Source: an uncultured Kiritimatiellota bacterium (GTDB lineage Bacteria; Verrucomicrobiota; Kiritimatiellia; RFP12; DVOR01). From it: a DNA stretch of 64,000 bases. This document shows positions 57,099 to 64,000 of this stretch, one piece after another. Position numbers and translations under genes: made by a program. Location: positions 28,922-92,921 of the forward strand of contig CALXSF010000005.1 in the NCBI GenBank assembly GCA_944391055.1, given 5' to 3'. The first letter of the stretch is position 1, and each line of letters starts with the position of its first letter. Below the pieces are notes generated by a model. It did not search any database, was not told the origin of the DNA, and was given only the letters and a program-made list of their open reading frames with translations.

Positions 57099-58461
57099 CA
57101 CCGCCACCACCGTCGGCAAGATCAACCCCGACGTCCTCGCCTTCACCGAGGGCAAGGATCCCGTCCTCGACCTGGCCTTGGTGGAGGCCGACTGCCTCGG
57201 CACCGCCGCCCACGTCACCATGCTCGCGCGCATGGACTACACGCCCACCCTCTTCACCGAGGAACAGCGCCGCGCCGTGATCGCCGCGCTGCGCGACATC
57301 ATCGCCGAGGCGCGCGGCGGCGGCTTCGCCATCACCGCCGCCGACCAGGACGTCCACCTCGCCGTCGAGCGCCGCCTGACCGAGCGTTTGGGCGACCTGG
57401 GCAAGAAGGTCCACACCTGCCGCAGCCGCAACGACCAGGTGGCCGTCGACATCCGCCTCCACATCCGCAACGAGCTCAACGCCCTCGACGGCGAGCTCGC
57501 CGCCCTGGCCGGCGCGCTCCTGGCTTTGGCCGAGGCCAACCGCGCCGTCCCCATGGTCGGGCGCACCCACCTGCAGCCCGCGATGCCCAGCAGCGTGGCC
57601 ATGTGGGCCAGCGGCTACGCCGAGATGCTCTTGGACGACGCCTACCTGCTCGAGGCCGCCTACCGCGCCAACGACCTCTGCCCCCTCGGCTCCGCCGCCG
57701 GCTATGGCGTGCCCCTGCCCATCGACCGGCAGCTGACCAGCGACCTGCTGGCCTTCGCCCGCCCCTTCCACAACGTCTTCTACGCCTCCTGCGCGCGCGG
57801 CAAGGACGAGGCCATCCTCCTCTGCGCCTGCGCCCAGGTGATGCTCTCGCTCTCGCGCCTGGCCGAGGATCTCATCCTCTTCTCCATGCCCGAGTTCCGG
57901 TACTTCACCCTGCCGCGCGACCTCTGCACCGGCAGCTCCATCATGCCGCAGAAGTACAACCCCGACGTGCTCGAGCTCATCCGCGCCAAGGCCGCCCTCC
58001 TCCTCGGCCAATCCGCCGCCGCCAACACCATCCTCAAGGCCCTGCCCGGCGGCTACAACCGCGACCTTCAGGACACCAAGGAGCTGTACATGGAGGGCCT
58101 GCGCGTCACCCGCGCCTCCCTCCGCATCATGCGCCTCATGGCCCAGAACCTCACCGTCAACCCCGAGCGCTGCCGCGCCGCCTTCGGCGAGCCCGGCGTC
58201 TTCGCCACCGACCGCGCCCTCGAGCTGGTGGCCCAGGGGATGCCCTTCCGCGACGCCTACCACCAGGTCCGCGACCACCTCGAGGACCTCCGCGGCATGG
58301 ATCCCGACGCCGTCATCGCCAAGAAGACCCACCTCGGCGGCACCAACGGCCTCGACCTCGCCGGGCTCCGCGCCCGCGCCGACGCCCTCGCCGCCGACGC
58401 CGCCGCCCGCCAGGCCCGCATCGACGCCGCCTTCGCCGCCTTGATGAACCCCGCCGACTGA
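57082..58461 (+). CDS. argH: Argininosuccinate lyase
   Basis: Fumarate-lyase signature GSSIMPQKYNPDVLE. N-terminus matches the ArgH consensus. 459 aa. Confidence 0.9.
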   Translation: MKPPADTATTVGKINPDVLAFTEGKDPVLDLALVEADCLGTAAHVTMLARMDYTPTLFTEEQRRAVIAALRDIIAEARGGGFAITAADQDVHLAVERRLTERLGDLGKKVHTCRSRNDQVAVDIRLHIRNELNALDGELAALAGALLALAEANRAVPMVGRTHLQPAMPSSVAMWASGYAEMLLDDAYLLEAAYRANDLCPLGSAAGYGVPLPIDRQLTSDLLAFARPFHNVFYASCARGKDEAILLCACAQVMLSLSRLAEDLILFSMPEFRYFTLPRDLCTGSSIMPQKYNPDVLELIRAKAALLLGQSAAANTILKALPGGYNRDLQDTKELYMEGLRVTRASLRIMRLMAQNLTVNPERCRAAFGEPGVFATDRALELVAQGMPFRDAYHQVRDHLEDLRGMDPDAVIAKKTHLGGTNGLDLAGLRARADALAADAAARQARIDAAFAALMNPAD

Positions 58462-58476
58462 CCGTCAGGACGGGCC

Positions 58477-59142
58477 ATGAGGACGATCGAGGAATTGGAC
58501 GCGATCCATGAGGCGCTGGCGCGGGCGTTCGCGGAGAAACCGGCGCCGATCATGGATTTGGTGGCGGCGCAGACGCGCGACCCGTATTGTGTGCTGGTGG
58601 GGACGATCCTGTCGGCGCGGACGCGCGACCAGGTGACCGCGGAGGCGGTTCGGCGGCTGCTGCCGGCGGCGCCGGACCCGGAGGCGCTGGGGCGGCTCTC
58701 GGTGGAGGAATTGGAGGCGCTGATCCGGCCGGTGGGCTTCTTCCACGCGAAGGCGCGCCACTTGGCGGCGCTGCCGGGGGCGCTGCGGGAGCGCTTCGGC
58801 GGGCGTATCCCGGAGACGGTGGAGGAACTGTGCGAGCTGCCGGGGGTGGGGCGCAAGACGGCGAACCTGGTGGTGGCGCTGGGGTTCGGCAAGCCGGCGA
58901 TCTGCGTGGACACGCACGTCCACCGGATCAACAATCTGCTGGGGGTGGTGCGCACGAAGACGCCGTTGGAGACGGAGATGGCGCTGCGGCGGATTTTGCC
59001 GGAGCGGCTGTGGATCCCGTGGAACAGCATCTTCGTCTCGTTCGGGCAGACGTGCTGCAAGCCGGTGGGGGCGCGGTGCGGGGAGTGCCCGGTGGCGCGC
59101 TTCTGCAAGGGGCCGGCGCGGCGGAAGGGGGGGCGGCGATGA
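58477..59142 (+). CDS. nth: Endonuclease III (DNA glycosylase/AP lyase)
   Basis: HhH-GPD (LPGVGRKTANLVVALGFG). Catalytic Lys/Asp context. 4Fe-4S cluster loop CKPVGARCGECPVARFC. Confidence 0.9.
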   Translation: MRTIEELDAIHEALARAFAEKPAPIMDLVAAQTRDPYCVLVGTILSARTRDQVTAEAVRRLLPAAPDPEALGRLSVEELEALIRPVGFFHAKARHLAALPGALRERFGGRIPETVEELCELPGVGRKTANLVVALGFGKPAICVDTHVHRINNLLGVVRTKTPLETEMALRRILPERLWIPWNSIFVSFGQTCCKPVGARCGECPVARFCKGPARRKGGRR

Positions 59143-59813
59143 GGGAGGGGCTGCCGGCGCTGGCGCTGTTCGACGTGGACGGGACGCTCTTTGAGTCGGA
59201 GCGGCTGTGGGCGGAGGCGCTGGCGCTCTCGCTGGAGCGGCTGGGGGTGCGGGAACGCGCGGGGGCGCTCTCGGCGCTGATTTACGGGAAGGCGTGGCCG
59301 GACGCGTTCGCGGCGCTGCGGGGGCGCTTCCCGGAGGCGTTGGGGGGGATCTCGGCGGGGGGGCTGGGGCGGATGCTGTGCGAGGACTTCGGGCGGCTCT
59401 TCGCGGCGGCGCCGCCGGTGATCGGGCCGGCCGTGGCGCTGCTGCGGCGCCTGCGGGGGGCGGGGGTGCCGTGCGCCTACGTCTCGGGGAGCCCGCGGGC
59501 GACGATCGCGCAGAATCTGCGGGCGGCGGGGCTGGAGGGGCTGCTGGACGAGGCGCGGTCGGTGCCCTCGGACGACGTGGCGCGGGGCAAGCCGGACCCG
59601 GAGGGTTATCGGCTGGCGATGGCGCGCTTCGGGGCGGACCCGGCGGCGGTGGCGGTCTTCGAGGATTCGGGGGTCGGGGCGCGGGCGGCGCTGGCGGCCG
59701 GGGTGGGGCGGGTCTACGTGTGCCCGCCGCCCTCCGCGCCGCCGCAGGCGTACCCGCCCGGCGCGCGGCGCCTGCCCTCGTGGGACGCGGCCTTCCCGGC
59801 GTGCGGGGCGTGA
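59139..59813 (+). CDS. HAD-superfamily hydrolase (beta-phosphoglucomutase-like subfamily IA)
   Basis: Motif I ALFDVDGTLFES, motif III (GKPDPEGY) and motif IV (FEDSGVGARAA). Start ATG overlaps the nth stop. The ORF-track frame 58587.. is an extension. Confidence 0.7.
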   Translation: MREGLPALALFDVDGTLFESERLWAEALALSLERLGVRERAGALSALIYGKAWPDAFAALRGRFPEALGGISAGGLGRMLCEDFGRLFAAAPPVIGPAVALLRRLRGAGVPCAYVSGSPRATIAQNLRAAGLEGLLDEARSVPSDDVARGKPDPEGYRLAMARFGADPAAVAVFEDSGVGARAALAAGVGRVYVCPPPSAPPQAYPPGARRLPSWDAAFPACGA

Positions 59814-59922
59814 GGGGCCCCGGCGGGCCCGCCGGCCGTGCCCTTTTTGGGCCGTGGCGCAAAAAAACCTTCCCTTTTGGCGGGCTTTCCTCTATACTAT
59901 TTTCAACGTGAAAGGTATGCAC

Positions 59923-61068
59923 ATGAGACGGTTCGCTTTGAGGCGCGGCTTCACGATGATCGAGCTCTTGGTCGTCGTCGTGATTCTTGGCGTGTTGGCG
60001 GCGGCGCTGATGCCGGCCGTCGGGAAGTTCCTTGACGCGGGCGAGGCGGCCACCTCCCGGAACAACCTGATGCGGCTGGGGCGCGCGGCGCTCACCTATC
60101 GCACGGACCATGGGAACTACTATCCCGCGGCGGGGGGCTATTTCACCGAGTTCACCCTTCAGGCCGAGGGCTCGCCCGAGCGGCGGTACGGCCGCGCGCG
60201 CGGGTGGGTCTACTTCGAGCACGACTGCCCGCGCTCGCGCGGCGACGTCGAGGCCAAGGACGAGATCGGCGACGGCAACCACCAGGCCGACGGCATGCTG
60301 GGCGGCACCGGCCGCAAGGACGAGAGCGGCAACCTCCAGGGCACCGAGGTGAACGAGGAGGGCTGCTGCCTCTGCTTCAACTCGCGCAGCTCGGAGGGCG
60401 GGCTCGGCGCGCGCCCCGCGAATTGGAAGGAGCGGGCCACGGACATGTGGTCGCAGGCGCAGACGGCCATCGTCAACGGCTGCCTCTATTCCTACGTGGG
60501 CGAGGATCTGGAGTGCTTCAAGAACCCCACCTTCGAGAAGCGCGCGCTGGAGAAGTTCGGCGTGGCCGCGCAGGACGTGGCCCGCGCCTACGCCATGAAC
60601 GTCATCACCGGCACGGACGACGACCTCTACGAGACCGACTGCTACAAGGACGGCGGTTACGAGAAGGCCTATTGCCACCCAAGCTCCGAGACCGCGCACT
60701 ACACCATCCGCCTCGGCTCCGCCGGCCTCCGCCCCCGCATCGACTCCGACGACACCAACAAGGGCGAGGCCATGCCCGCGAAGACCGCGCTCATCGTGGA
60801 GCTGGACCTCGACAACACGGCCCTCTCCTCCGACAACTCCCTGGAGGGCGACCAGGTGTGGGACTGGGACGAGGGCGACGAGAGCATGGGCTTCAACCAC
60901 GAGGACAACGGCGCGATGTTCGCGCACGTCTGCTTCGCCGACGGCCACGTGGAGACCATCCGAGACCCCTCCTCCGACCCCGAGAACCCGGACGACAACA
61001 AGCGGCGGGCGCTCTCCAAATGGTATGGCTCCGGCGGCCTGAACGCCTCCGGCGAAAAACTGGACTGA
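59923..61068 (+). CDS. Prepilin-type N-terminal cleavage/methylation-domain protein with DUF1559-like C-terminus (T2SS pseudopilin-like)
   Basis: RRGFTMIELLVVVVILGVLAAAL is a class III signal (G/FTxIELLVV). The C-terminal region ...NGAMFAHVCFADGHVETI resembles the H-x(n)-DGHV motif of PVC DUF1559 proteins. TATACT -10 at 59893-59898. Confidence 0.7.
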   Translation: MRRFALRRGFTMIELLVVVVILGVLAAALMPAVGKFLDAGEAATSRNNLMRLGRAALTYRTDHGNYYPAAGGYFTEFTLQAEGSPERRYGRARGWVYFEHDCPRSRGDVEAKDEIGDGNHQADGMLGGTGRKDESGNLQGTEVNEEGCCLCFNSRSSEGGLGARPANWKERATDMWSQAQTAIVNGCLYSYVGEDLECFKNPTFEKRALEKFGVAAQDVARAYAMNVITGTDDDLYETDCYKDGGYEKAYCHPSSETAHYTIRLGSAGLRPRIDSDDTNKGEAMPAKTALIVELDLDNTALSSDNSLEGDQVWDWDEGDESMGFNHEDNGAMFAHVCFADGHVETIRDPSSDPENPDDNKRRALSKWYGSGGLNASGEKLD

Positions 61069-61077
61069 TCGACCCAT

Positions 61078-64000
61078 GACCATGACCACGCAGTTTCGCA
61101 TCTTGGCGCTTTGCGCGTTTGCGGCGGGCCTGACCTTTGGGCCCGCCGCGCGGGCGCAGGGCACGGCGCAGACCTCCGAGGTGTCCTACGCCCTCACCCT
61201 CATCGACGCGGGCGACGGCTCCGGCAACACCCAGACCGGCGGCCCCGTCACCGACGCCACCACGCACGTGCGCGTGAAGGTGACCGTTTCCATCCCCCGC
61301 TCGGAGGGCTCCTCCGCTTACGGCGACATCCCCGCCTACGCCAGCCCCGCCCGTCTGATGTACCGCCTCCACCGGGGCCCCGCCACGGCCTTCGACGGCT
61401 CCATCGCCCTCACCCGCGACGCCCCCTACCGCGACGCCGCCGGCACGCCGATGACCACCGCCTTCTATCCCATGCCCCAGGCGACCACCTCCTCCGGCGG
61501 CGTCACAATCAGCCAGACCGACCCCACCCGGCTCAACTACGCCGGCGTCGCCTCCCGCTCCGACGACAACGCCCTCGGCGACCCTTACGCCGACTATCTC
61601 GCCTACGGCCGCGTCTCCGACCCCGCCCGCTGGGAGGCCACCTTCCTCAGCCCCGCCTATGCTATCGCCGACATCGAGGCCGACGCCGACGGCCAGTACG
61701 CGATGCTCAAATCCCTGCTCGACGGCTCGGCCACCTACGAGTGGTACGCCGCCAGCCGCTACGGCCTCGGCGCCTTCGCCCGCATCTCCGACATCCAGGA
61801 CCACGGCCGCAACCAATCCTTCACCGACGTCCGTCTCTGGACGCCGGAGACGGATCCGAACCACGACTGGTCGGGCGTCGTCACCGACCGCGACTCCGTC
61901 CGCACCCTCGGCGAGAACTTCGCCTTCCGCTTGGCCTCCATGCCCAACAGGGGCGGCATGGCCTCCTCGTGGTTCATCCGCGGCGGCGCGGTGGGCGACG
62001 CCAACAGCGGCAGCGGCGGCCTGCAGCTCCTCAACGTCGTCGGCGTGGAGGATGACTACTCCGATTATCCCCGCGTCGAGTCCCCCCTCTATCCCGACGG
62101 CATCGCCTCCGTCTCCTTCCAGGCCTCCGTCCCCGGCTCCGACCCCGACGGCACCCCGCAGACGCTGCTCGTCCAATGCTCCACCGACGGCGGCCAGCGG
62201 TGGGCCGACGTCGAGCGCGTGACCCTCTCCGCCTCCGGCTTCAACGACTACGCCATCGACTTCGGGGAGCTGGCGCCCTCCGGCGTCGCCAACACGCGCT
62301 TCCGCGTCATCCGCGTCTCCGAGTCGCTCGGCGACGGCCAGGCCAACCTCGGCACCATCGCCATCCGCAACCTGCTCGTCCGCTCCGCCGCGCCCGTCGC
62401 GGACTTCTCCGCGCCCGTCTGCGTCTCCGCCACGGAATCCGCCGAGCCTTACGCCACCGAGCCGTTCGAGGTGAACATCGGCGCCACCGGCTCGTCCACC
62501 GAGACGCCGCGCGGCTATGAGGCCGCCATGCGCCTGCGCCGCCGCGCCGAGGGCGACACCACCCGCGCCTGGCGCGACGTCCCGGTCTCCGTCTCCGAGA
62601 CCTCCGGCAACGCCACGCTCTCGGCCTCCTTCACGCCCGGCACACTCCTGCTCAACCCAGACGGCACCGTCAACGCCGCCGAGGGGGCCTTCTTCCTGGA
62701 CGCGGACGGCGCCGTCACCGGCCTCCTGCCCGGCGTCTACGACTTGGCGCTGGATTATGCCATCCTAGGTTCCTTCGCCGCCGGGCGCGAGGAGATCGAC
62801 GGGCGCGAGCGCGTGGAGGGCACGCTCACCTCCTATCCCGTCACCACCCAGCTCCCGTCCGGGGAGCCGGAGACCATCCAGAAGCCCTTCCTGGTGAACG
62901 TCCGCGAGCATCAGGCGCTGGACGAGTCGGCCTTCCTGCGCGTCACCTACCGCGGCGGCGCGGGCACCGACCTCAACCCCTACACGGCGGGCACGCTCGA
63001 CCTGCCGCTCCTGCCGGCCTCCCGGGGGCCGCACCGGTGGCGCGTCGACGTCTCGCGCGTCCTGCGCCTCACCGACGACGAGGACGCCGTCTATGCCTGG
63101 ACCTATGACCCCGACGCCGCGACCGAGGGCGACGAGCGCTTCGAGCCTTATTACCTTTCCTTCAAGGTTTGCGTGACGGATTCCGACGGGGCGTCGCGCT
63201 GGTACGGGCAGACCTCCGCCGCCGCGCCCGGCTCCCTGCCCCCGACCATCGAGGCCGTCCCCGCCGTCACCGACTCCCTCTCCCTGGCCGCCTCCGAGGC
63301 GGACGCCGTGCCGGTGGTGGTGCCGCTTTCCGCGCTGCCGAACTCGCACGTCACCGTGGAGCTGGACCTTGCCTCCGAGACCTCGCCGGAGTACAGCCTC
63401 TGCGGCTCGTATTGGCAGGACTTCAACACGTGGTACGCCACCTCCGACCGCTTCGGCCCCGCGGAGTTCCGCGAGAACGTCACCTCCCGCGTCGCCGACT
63501 TCAACTGCGTCACGACGAATACGGTCGACGGCGTCGTCGTCGACAGCGGCTGGATCCCCGACGAGGGGCCGCTCGCCGACACCACCTCCTTCCTTGAGAC
63601 CTTCCCGGTCGGCCGCGGCAACAACCAGCGCGGCGAGTATCCTTTCTTCATGGAGGGCGGCACCTACATCGCCACCTGCAACTTCCGCCAGTGGGGCGCC
63701 GGCGGCGACCTCGCCGAGCCGCGTTACCTCCGCGAGAACGAGACGTCGAGCTATTATTCCACCTACGTCCAGTTCGCCCGGGACACCGAGGTGGTGCTCC
63801 GCCGTTCGTGGAGCCGCCAGCCCGACGGCACGTACAGCCCCGACGCCCAGATCCGCCTGCGCGGCTCGGGCGAGGGCGTCTGGCCCCGCACCGACAGTGG
63901 CCGCGGCGTGACGCTCAACGGCGTCGGCGCCGTCTCCTTCACGCTCGGCCTCTCCATCCCCTACAACCTCTCCCACATCGCCCGCCTCATCTCCGCCGAC
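61078..64000 (+). CDS. Very large secreted hypothetical protein (>974 aa), 3' end beyond window
   Basis: ATG at 61078, 10 nt after the previous stop. Signal peptide MTMTTQFRILALCAFAAGLTFGPAARAQG. Hand translation found no in-frame stop to the window end. The ORF track omits it, presumably because it lists only complete ORFs. Antisense ORFs 60893..62176 and 62765..63976 are considered artifacts. Confidence 0.55.

Noticed and set aside
60893-63976. Minus-strand ORFs 60893..62176 and 62765..63976 as genes
   Set aside because: They are antisense to a continuous >2.9-kb plus-strand frame that has a signal peptide and sensible composition. Their own translations are Gly/Ala/Asp/Val low-complexity, typical of GC-rich antisense frames.

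Overview
The window is 64 kb of very GC-rich (~70%) bacterial chromosome. Gene content (PEP-CTERM proteins, DUF1559 prepilin-like protein, many secreted carbohydrate-active proteins) suggests a PVC-superphylum organism, Verrucomicrobiota- or Kiritimatiellota-like, but phylum assignment is a guess. It is densely coding, with about 55 genes. Most of the long ORFs in the six-frame track are antisense or out-of-frame artifacts of the high GC content. Genes supported from the sequence: a type IV pilus / T2SS-like assembly module (PilM-PilN fusion, PilO-like, a Zn-ribbon/TSP3-repeat PilP-like protein, an oversized secretin); pdxA; rsmD; an HU-like gene followed by a TolC-MFP-RND efflux operon; a secreted-glycan locus (internally duplicated secreted protein, PEP-CTERM protein, heparinase II/III-like); ogt; leuS; a thioredoxin-like protein; an NSS transporter; a parvulin PPIase; a DEAD-box helicase; rplM-rpsI; gmd-fcl (GDP-fucose); NfeD/SPFH; rnc; an rRNA methyltransferase-like gene; a TolB-like propeller; a duplicated RidA-fold (chorismatase-like) protein; a beta-propeller fused to a di-haem cytochrome c; an SGNH+sialate-O-acetylesterase; a GyrB/ParE subunit; Fur/PerR with a reverse rubrerythrin; glgP; an RRM protein; rpoD; three secreted unknowns (one PEP-CTERM); dinJ with a truncated yafQ remnant; dCMP deaminase; argH; nth; a HAD hydrolase; and a DUF1559 prepilin-like protein followed by a >970-aa secreted protein that runs off the window. 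I see no rRNA, tRNA, CRISPR array or IS element. The most unusual non-coding feature is a 110-bp tandem repeat (about 3.3 copies) in the divergent rpoD promoter region. Its 36-bp core recurs upstream of the rplM promoter, and many genes share extended -10 promoters of the form TGnTATACT or TGnTATAAT. All coordinates come from the ORF track plus hand reading, so +/-1-3 bp errors are possible.
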